From assembly GCA_002841765.1 (NCBI GenBank), contig PHAV01000004.1:59075-123074 (forward strand): a DNA stretch of 64,000 nt. The letters run 5' to 3'. Each line of letters opens with the position of its first letter. Position 1 is the stretch's first letter. The position numbers were made by a program, and so were the translations under genes. Source of the DNA: Deltaproteobacteria bacterium HGW-Deltaproteobacteria-4. Its GTDB lineage: Bacteria > Desulfobacterota > Desulfuromonadia > Desulfuromonadales > UBA2197. Below are positions 16,865 through 26,487 of this stretch, piece by piece. A model generated the notes under the pieces. It was given only the letters and a program-made list of their open reading frames with translations. It made no database searches and was not told the DNA's origin.

Positions 16865-18460
16865 ATGCCTGTCCTGTTGTCGTTGTTCCCCATTGTCTTT
16901 TTGATCTACCTGATGACCAAAAAGAAGAGTGTCCCTTCCTTTCGGGCTCTGCCGATCGTCGCTGTCATCCTTTATCTCCTCAAGCTCACTTATTTCGGCG
17001 CCGATGCCAACCTGGTCAACGCCAGCGTCATCAGCGGCCTACTCACCGCTCTGGTCCCGATTTCCATCATCTGGGGAGCGATCTTCTTCTTCAAGACGAT
17101 GGAGTATACCGGGGCGATGGATACCATCCGCACCTGGCTGAACGGGGTGACGACCAACAAGGTCGCTCAGGCGATGATCGTCGGCTGGGCTTTTGCCTTC
17201 CTGATCGAGGGGGCGAGCGGCTTCGGCACACCGGCGGCGATCGCCGCCCCGATCCTTGTCGGCCTCGGCTTCCCCGCGGTGCGGGTGGCGATGCTCTGCC
17301 TGATCATGAACAGTGTGCCGGTTCATTTCGGCGCTGTCGGCACCCCGGGATGGTTCGGCCTTGGCCAGCTCCCCGGCATCGGCCACGAACAGCTCCTTGA
17401 TATCGGTTTCCGCGCTGCGATTATCCACTCCGTCGCCGCTCTGGTCATCCCGGTCATCGCCCTGACCTTTGCCCTGTCTTTTGCGGAGGTCAAGAAGAAT
17501 ATCCTCTTTGTTTACCTGAGTATCCTTTCCACCATGATCCCTTACCTGATAGCCGCCCGTTTCGATTATGAATTCCCCTCGGTCGTTGCCGGCACTGTCG
17601 GCCTTATCTTCTCGGTCGTCATCGCTAAGCAGGGGATCGGTCTGGTCCGTGAAGAGGGGAGCAAGGGGCCTAACTCGATTTCGATTCCCGCTTTAATCAA
17701 GGCCTCGTTCCCCCTCTGGGGAACTGTTATCATCTTGCTGCTGACCCGAATCAAGCAGATCGGCATTAAGCCTCTCCTCACCGGCAGCAACACCTGGATT
17801 GAAGCGTCCCTTGGCACGCTCGGCGACTTTTCCCTGAGTTCTTCGCTCGTCATCACCCTTAAAACCATCTTCGGCACTGACACCGATTGGAAATACCAGA
17901 TTCTCTATGTCCCCTCCCTGGTCCCCTTTATTCTCATTTCCGTCATCACCTTCTTCATGTTCAAGGCGAATAAAGAGGCGATCAGCCGCACGGTCAGTGA
18001 ATCGTTCCTGCAGATGCAAAAACCGGTCATCGCCCTTTTGGCCGCCCTTGTCTTTGTCAAACTTTTGATGCTCAAGACCCCTGGCGTCGACGCCAACACC
18101 ATTCTTATCGGCAAGGCTCTCGCCGACACCATGGGCGCACAGTGGCAGTTCTTTGCCAGTTATCTCGGCGCCCTCGGTGCCTTTTTTTCCGGCTCTAACA
18201 CCGTCTCTAACCTGACATTCGGCGGCATACAGCTCGCCATTGCCAAAGATCTCGGTCTGCATACTAACACCATTCTCGCCATGCAGTCCGTCGGTGGCAG
18301 TATGGGGAATATGGTCTGCATCAACAATATTGTAGCGGTCTGCTCGGTCCTTGGTCTCTCGGCCCAGGAGGGCTTTATTATGAAGCGCACGGTTGTGCCG
18401 ATGCTGATCTACGGCGTCATCGCCGGAATTGTCGGCTATATCCTTTCGCAGGCATTCTAA
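16865..18460 (+). CDS. lctP: L-lactate permease (LctP family)
   Basis: Polytopic membrane protein with LctP-like N-terminus (LSLFPIVFLIYLMTKKKS...) and length ~530 aa. The start is taken at MPVLLSLFP after GGAAAGGAA. Confidence 0.88.
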   Translation: MPVLLSLFPIVFLIYLMTKKKSVPSFRALPIVAVILYLLKLTYFGADANLVNASVISGLLTALVPISIIWGAIFFFKTMEYTGAMDTIRTWLNGVTTNKVAQAMIVGWAFAFLIEGASGFGTPAAIAAPILVGLGFPAVRVAMLCLIMNSVPVHFGAVGTPGWFGLGQLPGIGHEQLLDIGFRAAIIHSVAALVIPVIALTFALSFAEVKKNILFVYLSILSTMIPYLIAARFDYEFPSVVAGTVGLIFSVVIAKQGIGLVREEGSKGPNSISIPALIKASFPLWGTVIILLLTRIKQIGIKPLLTGSNTWIEASLGTLGDFSLSSSLVITLKTIFGTDTDWKYQILYVPSLVPFILISVITFFMFKANKEAISRTVSESFLQMQKPVIALLAALVFVKLLMLKTPGVDANTILIGKALADTMGAQWQFFASYLGALGAFFSGSNTVSNLTFGGIQLAIAKDLGLHTNTILAMQSVGGSMGNMVCINNIVAVCSVLGLSAQEGFIMKRTVVPMLIYGVIAGIVGYILSQAF

Positions 18461-18492
18461 CCATTATTTGATTCATAGAGACGGGGTGATTT

Positions 18493-19866
18493 ATGGACAG
18501 TTCATTGCTCAAGGAATTTAAACAGATCGTCGGTGCAGAATACGCCTTGAGCGATCGGGAGTCGCTTGCGGTCTACGGTTACGACTCGACCCCGGAACTG
18601 GAGAGCCGTCCCGGCGTCGTCCTCCTCCCGGCCTGCCGCGATGAGGTTGTCCGGATCATGGGGCTTTGTGCCGCTGCCGGGGTGAGCGTCACGCCGCGCG
18701 GCTCCGGTACCAACCTTTCGGGCGGGTCGATCTCCAGCGATGGCGGTGTCGTCCTCCAGACCAGCCGGTTGAACCGGATTATAGAGATCGACGAGGAGAA
18801 TCTCACCGCCACCGTAGAGCCCGGCGTTATTACCAGCACGCTGCATCGGCAGGTCGAGGCGCGCGGACTCTTTTATCCGCCCGACCCCGGCAGCATGCAC
18901 ATCTCCACCATGGGGGGGAATGTCGCGGAAAACTCCGGCGGTCTGCGCGGCCTCAAGTACGGGGTCACTGCCGATTACGTTATGGGGCTGGAGACAATCC
19001 TGGCGAACGGCGACCTCCTTCGCACCGGCGGCAAGGTGGTCAAGGATGTGGCCGGCTACAATCTCAATCCCCTCCTCGTCTCCTCGGAAGGGACGCTTGG
19101 GATCTTCACCGGCATTACCGTCAAGCTTATCCCCAAACCGCAGGCGAAGATCACCATGCTCGCCCACTTCCCGGCGATGAGCGATGCCGCCCTGGCGGTC
19201 TCGGCGATTATCGCTGCCAAGGTTATCCCGGCGACCCTGGAGTTTCTCGACAAGGTGACGATCAAGTGTGTCGAGGATTACGCTCACGTCGGTCTCCCCC
19301 TTGATGTCGATGCTGTCCTCCTGATCGAGGTTGATGGCCATCCGGTCGTTATTGCCGAGGAAGCCGCCGCTGTCGCCGAGATCTGTAAAAAGCACCGCTG
19401 CTCCTTCTTCCAGACCGCCAAAGATGCCGATGAAGCTCTCAAACTGGCGACAGCCCGGCGCACCGCCCTTTCGGCCCTGGCGCGACTGCGGCCGACGACG
19501 ATTCTGGAGGATGCGACTGTGCCGCGCAGTTGTATCGCCGCCATGTTGCAGGTGATTCAGGATGCAGCGAAGAAATACGACGTGACCATTGGTACCTTCG
19601 GTCATGCCGGCGACGGCAATCTCCATCCCACCTGTCTGACCGATGAGCGCGATCAGGACGAAATCAAGCGGGCGCATCAGGCCTTTGAAGTCATCTTTGA
19701 TGCCGCTATTGCCATGGGCGGGACGATTACCGGTGAGCACGGGGTCGGGCTGGCGAAGAAGAAGTACCTGCCGCGTCTAGTTGGCGAGTCGGGTGTGCGG
19801 GTGATGCGCGGTATCAAACAGGCCTTTGATCCGCAGGGGATTCTTAATCCCGGGAAGGTCTTTTGA
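18493..19866 (+). CDS. glcD: FAD-binding oxidoreductase, GlcD/D-lactate dehydrogenase-like
   Basis: FAD_binding_4-type N-terminus (VLLPACRDEVVRIMGLCAAAGVSVTPRGSGTNLSGG). C-terminal GTITGEHGVGLAKKKYL...NPGKVF. Confidence 0.88.
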   Translation: MDSSLLKEFKQIVGAEYALSDRESLAVYGYDSTPELESRPGVVLLPACRDEVVRIMGLCAAAGVSVTPRGSGTNLSGGSISSDGGVVLQTSRLNRIIEIDEENLTATVEPGVITSTLHRQVEARGLFYPPDPGSMHISTMGGNVAENSGGLRGLKYGVTADYVMGLETILANGDLLRTGGKVVKDVAGYNLNPLLVSSEGTLGIFTGITVKLIPKPQAKITMLAHFPAMSDAALAVSAIIAAKVIPATLEFLDKVTIKCVEDYAHVGLPLDVDAVLLIEVDGHPVVIAEEAAAVAEICKKHRCSFFQTAKDADEALKLATARRTALSALARLRPTTILEDATVPRSCIAAMLQVIQDAAKKYDVTIGTFGHAGDGNLHPTCLTDERDQDEIKRAHQAFEVIFDAAIAMGGTITGEHGVGLAKKKYLPRLVGESGVRVMRGIKQAFDPQGILNPGKVF

Positions 19867-19867
19867 G

Positions 19868-21127
19868 ATGGATGAGGTCAAGCTGATCAACTGCATGCGC
19901 TGTGGCATGTGTCTGCCGCACTGTCCGACCTACAAGGAGACCTTCCTGGAGACCGCCTCACCGCGCGGCCGGGTGGCGCTGATCCGTAAAGTGTCGGAAG
20001 GGGAACTCGACCAATCGGAGCGCCTCCTCGACTATCTGTCCCTTTGTCTTGATTGTCAGGCCTGCGCTTCGGCCTGCCCCTGCGGCGTTAATGCCGGCGA
20101 ACTTGTGGCGGAATTCAGCTGCGAACGGAAGGGCGGGGAGGGGTTGAACTTCATGGAGGATCTCGTCCTGCGCAAGCTGGTGCCGCATCCTGATCGTCTT
20201 GAGATTTCGATGGTGCCGATGCGTCTGTATCAACGCAGTGGCCTACAGAAGCTGGTGCGGAGCCTCGGGGTGATGAAGATGTTCCCCAAGCCCCTTGAGC
20301 GGATGGAAGGGCTGCTGCCAGAGCTGCCGAAGAAGCCGCTGCGCCAGGAGATCTTCGAGATCACCCCGGCGATCGGCGCGGAGCGCGGCACCATCGGTTT
20401 CTTTCTCGGCTGCGTCATGAGTCTGATCTTTAGTGATGCCAGTCGGGCGACGATCAAACTCCTGTCTTCCCTCGGTTACAAAGTGATCACTCCGAAGAAT
20501 CAGGTCTGCTGTGGCGCCCCGAATATGCTGGGCGGTGATTTCGCTGGTCTGCAGGAGGCAGCCCGCACCAATGTTGAGATTTTCGCTGGTTATGATCTTG
20601 ATTTTATCGTCACCGATTGCGGTGGCTGCGGCGCCGAGTTGAAGAAGTACGAGCATCATATTGACGGGGAAGGGGCGAAAAAATTTAGTGACAAGGTGCG
20701 GGATATCTCTGAAGTCCTCGCCCTGCATGCCGACGAGTTGGCCGCACTCCTTAATCCGTTGCCGCTGAAGGTCACTTATCACGACCCCTGCCATATCGCT
20801 CATTGTCAGGGGATCCGGCAGCAGCCGCGGCAGTTGTTGCAATTAGTTCCCGGCCTCGATTATCAGGAGTTGGCATCGGCCGACGCTTGCTGCGGCAGTG
20901 CCGGGACCTACAATATCTCCAAGCCGTCGATGTCCGACCGCATTCTGCAGCGCAAACTCGATACGATTGCCGCCAGTGGCGCCGACGTGCTGGTGACGAG
21001 TAATCCCGGCTGCCTTCTGCAGCTGAAGAAGGGTCTGGCGGAGCAGTTGCCCGGGGTCAGGATTCTCCATCTCACCGAGCTTCTTCTTCAATCTCTCCTG
21101 GCACCATTGCCGAAGAACCCTTCTTAA
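19868..21127 (+). CDS. glcF: (Fe-S)-binding oxidoreductase, GlcF-like (2x[4Fe-4S] + 2 CCG domains)
   Basis: CMRCGMCLPHCPTY and CLDCQACASACPCG motifs plus CCG repeats (QVCCGAPNM, DACCGSAGTY). ATG 19868 follows the glcD stop (TGAGATG). Confidence 0.88.
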   Translation: MDEVKLINCMRCGMCLPHCPTYKETFLETASPRGRVALIRKVSEGELDQSERLLDYLSLCLDCQACASACPCGVNAGELVAEFSCERKGGEGLNFMEDLVLRKLVPHPDRLEISMVPMRLYQRSGLQKLVRSLGVMKMFPKPLERMEGLLPELPKKPLRQEIFEITPAIGAERGTIGFFLGCVMSLIFSDASRATIKLLSSLGYKVITPKNQVCCGAPNMLGGDFAGLQEAARTNVEIFAGYDLDFIVTDCGGCGAELKKYEHHIDGEGAKKFSDKVRDISEVLALHADELAALLNPLPLKVTYHDPCHIAHCQGIRQQPRQLLQLVPGLDYQELASADACCGSAGTYNISKPSMSDRILQRKLDTIAASGADVLVTSNPGCLLQLKKGLAEQLPGVRILHLTELLLQSLLAPLPKNPS

Positions 21128-21348
21128 AGAGATCTTGACACTTATATTTTATTTATGATAATAATATTTATTATAAATAAAATTATTTCCTAACATCATG
21201 ATTTGTAACAGTAAAAATAAGCCTTGCTGATTATTTCGCATTTGTTAAAATGTTAAATTCTTTCAGCTTGGCAAAGAGCTTGTCCTCTGCCAGCAACGCC
21301 GATTATTGGTTCTTTTCTTTGCCTCCTCCCGGAACGGTCTTTCCTTTC

Positions 21349-22950
21349 ATGGAAATAATCGAAATGCAAGGAGTTGAGTTTACGCATGCTCCGGGCGAGG
21401 GTGCCGGGAAGCCCGCGAAAGCTCTGGATAATGTTTCCCTGTGTATTAATAGGGGTGATTTTGTCGCCATCCTTGGCAGCAAGGGTTCGGGCAAATCAAC
21501 TCTGGCGCGGCTGCTTAATGCCCTGTATCTTCCAACGGCCGGGCGGGTGCGCATTCATGGGATTGACAGCTGCGATGCCAGCCGTCTTTGGGAGATCAGA
21601 CGGTTGACCGGGATGGTCTTTGCGGATACAGCCAACCAGATTGTCGGCACCACGGTCGAGGAAGATGTCGCCTTTGGTCCGGAAAATCTCGGGTTGCCCG
21701 CGGCGGAGATCCTGCTTCGCGTTGAAAGCGCTCTTCAGGCCGTCGGTCTGATGGACTTTGCCGGACGCGCTCCCCATACCCTGAGCGCTGAAGAGCAGCA
21801 GCGTCTGGCGCTGGCCGGGATTCTCGCCATGCAATCCGAGTGTATCATTCTCGATGAAGCGACCACCCGGCTCGATCCGGCGGGGCGGCAGGAGATCATG
21901 CGCTTGCTGCGCCGTCTCAACCGGGAATTGGGGCTGACCATTCTGCACATCACCCGTCACCGGGACGAAGCGGTTCTGGCGGATCGCGTCCTTGTTCTGG
22001 AGTCAGGACAGATCGTTCTCGATGGGACACCGGCGGAGGTCTTCGCTGATGATGCGCGCCTTGCGGCGCTTGGCCTTGCAGAGCCACTGCCGCTCCGTCC
22101 CCCGAAACAGGATGGCGCTGCTATCGATAGTCAAAAGGCCTGGAGCTATCCGCTGGTCATGATGGGGGGCTATGCACCAGGGGACTCGCTTTTGCACCGG
22201 ACCGATGCGCGCAGCAAGATCCTTCTGGCGCTCCTCTTTATGGTGCTTTTGTATAGTGTGGAGAGCTATGGGGCGCTCTTCCTCCTATGCGCCTTTATGC
22301 TGCTGCTGACACTGGGGATCGGGCGTTCACTCAGCGATTCCTGGCGCGGTCTGCGTCCGATCTTGTGGCTGGCGGCCTGTGCTGCTTTTTTCAACATTTT
22401 CTTTGTTTCGGGGGCACCGCTCGCGACTTCCGGGATCTTGAGTTATCTCTCGTATGAAGGGCTGCACCGCTCGGCGAAAATGATGCTGCGCCTGATTCTG
22501 CTGGTGAGCAGTGCCACGCTGCTGACGGCGACGACGTCTCCACTTGCCCTGACTTCCGGGTTGGAGAGTCTTTTGCAACCGTTGAAACGCATCAAGATAC
22601 CGGTTCAGCAATTAGCCATGCTCTTCGCCCTGGCCTTGCGTTTTATCCCGGTGATCGTCGAAGAAGCGGCAAAGAGTATTCAGGCCCGGGCCTCTCGCTC
22701 CCCGGCCTTTCATATCGGCGGCTTACGGCAAAGACTGCAAGGGTATATCCCCCTGCTCTTTCCTCTCTTTGTGGCGATTTTTCGTCGCGGCGAGGCTCTG
22801 GCTACGGCGATGGAGGCACGCTGTTACCGGGGAGATCTGCAACGGACGAGGATGCGACCGTTGCAATTTTCCTCAGCGGACCTGTTCAGCAGTGCTGTGC
22901 TGCTGGTTTTGTTGACCGTGCTGTTTTTTGTTGAAGTTAAAGTTGTATAG
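21349..22950 (+). CDS. ECF-transporter ATPase (EcfA-like) fused to transmembrane T component (EcfT/CbiQ-like)
   Basis: Walker A GSKGSGKST, signature LSAEEQQRLALA and Walker B IILDEAT, followed by a ~270-aa multi-TM EcfT-like region (...ARCYRGDLQRTRM). Start uncertain (21349 or 21364). Confidence 0.8.
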   Translation: MEIIEMQGVEFTHAPGEGAGKPAKALDNVSLCINRGDFVAILGSKGSGKSTLARLLNALYLPTAGRVRIHGIDSCDASRLWEIRRLTGMVFADTANQIVGTTVEEDVAFGPENLGLPAAEILLRVESALQAVGLMDFAGRAPHTLSAEEQQRLALAGILAMQSECIILDEATTRLDPAGRQEIMRLLRRLNRELGLTILHITRHRDEAVLADRVLVLESGQIVLDGTPAEVFADDARLAALGLAEPLPLRPPKQDGAAIDSQKAWSYPLVMMGGYAPGDSLLHRTDARSKILLALLFMVLLYSVESYGALFLLCAFMLLLTLGIGRSLSDSWRGLRPILWLAACAAFFNIFFVSGAPLATSGILSYLSYEGLHRSAKMMLRLILLVSSATLLTATTSPLALTSGLESLLQPLKRIKIPVQQLAMLFALALRFIPVIVEEAAKSIQARASRSPAFHIGGLRQRLQGYIPLLFPLFVAIFRRGEALATAMEARCYRGDLQRTRMRPLQFSSADLFSSAVLLVLLTVLFFVEVKVV

Positions 22951-22978
22951 AAATGACCTTCTCCTGGAGTCAATAGAG

Positions 22979-24298
22979 ATGAAGAGAAGTACTTTTAAAG
23001 GCGGGATCCACCTGGACGGGCACAAGGAGTTGACCAGCAACCTGCCGACGGTTGTCGCCCTGATCCCCGACCGGGTCTACATTCCCTTGTCCCAACATAT
23101 CGGCGCCCCCTGTGTCCCTCTGGTCGTCGCCGGTGATGAGGTCAAGAAGGGGCAGAAGATCGGCACGGCCAAGGGGTTTGTTTCCGCCCCCATCCATGCC
23201 AGCGTCAGCGGCAAAGTCGTCGGCATTGAAGTCATGGAGCACCCCGGCGGCAGTTTTGTCCCTTGTATCATCATTGAGAACGACCACCGGGAAGAATGGG
23301 CGGAAACAGTGCAGCCGGCTGCTGATCCGGCGACTTTGACCCCTGATGAACTGCGCGCGATTCTTCTCGAAGCCGGCATCGTCGGCCAGGGGGGGGCGAC
23401 CTTCCCGACCCATGTCAAGTATGCCCCGGTCGCAGGGAAGAAGATCGACACGGTCATCCTCAACGGCGTCGAATGCGAGCCCTACCTCACCGCGGATCAC
23501 CGCCTGATGCTGGAAAGAGCGGAGAGGATCGTTGCCGGTCTCGGTTATATGATCCGCAGTATCGGCTGCACGCAAGGGGTCATCGCCATTGAAGAGAACA
23601 AGATGGATGCGGTTGCGGTGATGGAGAAGGCGGTTGCCAACCAGCCGAACCTTCGGGTTGTCGTCCTCAAAGAAAAATATCCGCAAGGCTCGGAGAAGCA
23701 GCTCATTTACGCTTGCACCGGAAAAGAACTCCCGGTCGGTGAGCTGCCGTTGTCGGTGGGGGTGATCGTCAATAATGTCGGAACCGCCGCGGCTTTCGCC
23801 GACGCTGTCGAGTTGGGAATTCCCCTGATCGAACGCTACGTCACCGTCAGCGGTCCCGGTATCTGTCATCCTGCCAACTACCTGGTGCGCATTGGCACCC
23901 TCTTCAGTGAATTGATCAAACAGAGTGGCGGTTATCTCGGCGAAGTCGAGAAGATCATTGCCGGTGGCCCGATGATGGGGAAGACTGTTTTCTCCGATGA
24001 ACTGCCGGTGGTCAAAGGGACTTCCGGCATTGTCCTCCTTCATAAAGAGCCCCATCGGGCGCAGAAGGAATACCCCTGCGTACGTTGCGCCAAATGTATC
24101 GACGCCTGTCCCGCCTTTCTCGAACCGACTTCTCTGGCGCGACTGGCCAAGCGCAGTGCCTGGGAAGAAGCGGAAAAAGCCGATGTCATGAGCTGTATAG
24201 AGTGCAGTTCCTGTGTTTATGCCTGTCCCGCCCAGATTCCGTTGATCCAGTATATCCGCCGGGCCAAGCAGGCCATTCTCGCTGCCAAGGCGCGTTAA
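22979..24298 (+). CDS. rnfC: Rnf electron-transport complex subunit C
   Basis: MKRSTFKGGIHLDGHKELT N-terminus, GIVGQGGATFPTHVK NADH/FMN site, and CVRCAKCIDACP / CIECSSCVYACP clusters. Confidence 0.92.
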   Translation: MKRSTFKGGIHLDGHKELTSNLPTVVALIPDRVYIPLSQHIGAPCVPLVVAGDEVKKGQKIGTAKGFVSAPIHASVSGKVVGIEVMEHPGGSFVPCIIIENDHREEWAETVQPAADPATLTPDELRAILLEAGIVGQGGATFPTHVKYAPVAGKKIDTVILNGVECEPYLTADHRLMLERAERIVAGLGYMIRSIGCTQGVIAIEENKMDAVAVMEKAVANQPNLRVVVLKEKYPQGSEKQLIYACTGKELPVGELPLSVGVIVNNVGTAAAFADAVELGIPLIERYVTVSGPGICHPANYLVRIGTLFSELIKQSGGYLGEVEKIIAGGPMMGKTVFSDELPVVKGTSGIVLLHKEPHRAQKEYPCVRCAKCIDACPAFLEPTSLARLAKRSAWEEAEKADVMSCIECSSCVYACPAQIPLIQYIRRAKQAILAAKAR

Positions 24299-24312
24299 GG
24301 GAAGGAAGCCGG

Positions 24313-25272
24313 ATGATTCCGCAGAAAAATCTTATCGTTGTCACCTCCGCACCGCATGTGCACAGTCCGGACAACGTCCCGACCGCCATGCGCGATGTCC
24401 TCATCGCCTTGACGCCGGCGCTGCTGGCCGCCCTCTACTTCTTTCGATTGCCGGCATTACTGGTGATCCTGGCCTGCGTGATCAGTGCCTACGCTGCCGA
24501 GATTGTCTGCCTGAAGATCATGAAGCGGGAATCACCGACCCGGGAGAGCAGCGCCATTATCACCGGCCTCCTTCTCGCCTTCTGTCTGCCGCCGTCGTTA
24601 CCGCTGTGGATGGCGGTCCTCGGTACGATCTTCGCCATTGTTGTTGCCAAGCATCTCTTTGGCGGCCTCGGCCAGAATATCTTCAATCCCGCCCTGATTG
24701 GCCGGGCTTTCCTCCTCGCGTCATTTCCGGTGGCGATGACCAACTGGACCAACCCCCTTGACGGCTTGAGCACCGCCTCCCCCCTCGGGATTATGAAAGA
24801 GGCGGGCGGGGAGATCCTCCCTCCGCTCCGAGATATCTTCCTCGGCTCGGTCAGCGGCAGTATCGGCGAGACCAGTGCTCTGGCTCTGCTCCTTGGCGGT
24901 GCTTATCTCCTGTACCGCAGGCAGATCGACTGGCGCATACCCGGCACCTTCCTCGGCACCGTCTTTCTCCTCACCGCCATGATCGGCGGGATAAAAGGGG
25001 AGGGACTGTGGTATCCCGTTTATCACCTTTGTGCCGGCGGCCTCCTTCTCGGCGCCTTTTTCATGGCGACCGACTGGGTCACCTCACCGGTGACCAAGCT
25101 GGGGCGCATCCTCTTCGGTATCGGCTGCGGTCTTTTGGTCGTCCTGATCCGTCTCAAAGGGGGCTATCCGGAAGGGGTGGCCTACTCGATCCTGTTGATG
25201 AACGTCGTCACCCCGCTGCTCGATCGCTATACCAAATCGCGGGTATTCGGGAGGGTGAAGAGCCATGCGTGA
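24313..25272 (+). CDS. rnfD: Rnf complex subunit D
   Basis: NqrB/RnfD-type polytopic protein (VTSAPHVHSPDNV...). Flavinylation region DGLSTASPLG. Confidence 0.92.
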   Translation: MIPQKNLIVVTSAPHVHSPDNVPTAMRDVLIALTPALLAALYFFRLPALLVILACVISAYAAEIVCLKIMKRESPTRESSAIITGLLLAFCLPPSLPLWMAVLGTIFAIVVAKHLFGGLGQNIFNPALIGRAFLLASFPVAMTNWTNPLDGLSTASPLGIMKEAGGEILPPLRDIFLGSVSGSIGETSALALLLGGAYLLYRRQIDWRIPGTFLGTVFLLTAMIGGIKGEGLWYPVYHLCAGGLLLGAFFMATDWVTSPVTKLGRILFGIGCGLLVVLIRLKGGYPEGVAYSILLMNVVTPLLDRYTKSRVFGRVKSHA

Positions 25273-25852
25273 TATTTTAAAGCTCGGTCTTTTTCTGCTG
25301 CTGGTCGCCGGTGTCGCCGGTGCCGGCCTCAGTTATGTCAACAGCCTCGCCAGTCCGCTGATCGCCCAGCAGATTTTGCAGAACAAGCTTGACAGTTTCA
25401 AGGAAGTTTATCCCCAGTCCGACCGGGTTGTCGACGAAACCGCCACCTATCTCACGTCTCCCTACGATCCGGTGATCAAAGAGGTGAATATCGCTTATCG
25501 CGGCACCGATCCGGTCGGAGTCATCTATGCGGTCGAGACCAAGGGCTACAGCGGGCCGATCGCTCTTCTTGCCGGCTTTGATATCGCGACGGCAAGGATC
25601 ACCACGATCAAGGTCCTTAGCCAGCGGGAAACACCGGGACTCGGCGCCAAAGCGACCGAGAGCAAATTTTATGACCGTTACAAGGATAAAGGGATCGACC
25701 TTGCCCTCGAAGTGACCAAGACCCCGCCGGTCAAGGAGAATCAGGTGCAGGCGATCACCGCCTCCACCATCACCACCAAGGCGGTGACCAAGGGGGTCAA
25801 TGCCGCCCGCGAGCACTTTATTGCCCACTTCGCCGCGGCGAAACAGCCATGA
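25265..25852 (+). CDS. rnfG: Rnf complex subunit G (FMN-binding)
   Basis: N-terminal TM anchor and FMN_bind domain ETPGLGAK...AITASTITTKAV. Confidence 0.9.
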   Translation: MRDILKLGLFLLLVAGVAGAGLSYVNSLASPLIAQQILQNKLDSFKEVYPQSDRVVDETATYLTSPYDPVIKEVNIAYRGTDPVGVIYAVETKGYSGPIALLAGFDIATARITTIKVLSQRETPGLGAKATESKFYDRYKDKGIDLALEVTKTPPVKENQVQAITASTITTKAVTKGVNAAREHFIAHFAAAKQP

Positions 25853-25877
25853 AAAATTTGTCGTGGAGGTCTATCCT

Positions 25878-26468
25878 ATGAACTTGAAGGATCAATTTAG
25901 CAAAGGGCTGGTTCAGGAGAACCCCCTCTTTCGCCTGCTGCTCGGCATGTGCCCGGCCCTGGCTGTGACCACCTCAGTCAATAACGGTCTCGGCATGGGG
26001 GTGGCGGTGACCGGTGTCCTTTTGGCCTCCAATATTGTCGTCTCGGCAATGCGTAAGGTCATCCCCTCCAGCGTCAGGATTCCTGCCTTTATCGTCATTA
26101 TCGCCACCTTTGTCACCATTACCGATATGCTGATGCATGCCTTTACCCCGGCGCTTTACACGGCCCTGGGGATCTTCATCCCCCTGATCGTCGTTAACTG
26201 CATCATCCTCGGTCGGGCGGAATCTTTTGCCAGCCGCAACACCATGCTCCCCGCCATAGTCGATGCCCTCGGTATGGGAATCGGTTTTACCGTGGCGCTG
26301 GTCATGGTCAGTGCGGTCCGCGAAGTCCTCGGCGCCGGGACCTTTTTCGGCCTGCAGCTCCTGCCGGAGAACATTCCTGCCCTGATCATGATCCTTCCGC
26401 CCGGCGGATTCATTGCCCTCGGCTGCCTGTTGGGCCTGATGAACAAATTCCAGAAAAAAACCGCATAA
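25878..26468 (+). CDS. rnfE: Rnf complex subunit E
   Basis: ENPLFRLLLGMCPALAVTTS motif typical of RnfE/NqrD. Confidence 0.92.
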   Translation: MNLKDQFSKGLVQENPLFRLLLGMCPALAVTTSVNNGLGMGVAVTGVLLASNIVVSAMRKVIPSSVRIPAFIVIIATFVTITDMLMHAFTPALYTALGIFIPLIVVNCIILGRAESFASRNTMLPAIVDALGMGIGFTVALVMVSAVREVLGAGTFFGLQLLPENIPALIMILPPGGFIALGCLLGLMNKFQKKTA

Positions 26469-26487
26469 GGGAAGGGGAACCTGTCAG

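Noticed and set aside
21128-21348. I looked for an FMN (RFN) riboswitch or another flavin-responsive leader ahead of the ECF-rnf operon.
   Set aside because: The region is an AT-rich promoter-like stretch with an imperfect AT palindrome. None of the conserved RFN blocks (AGGGCGGG..., GGTGAAATTCC..., AGTCCGGATG-type segments) are present.
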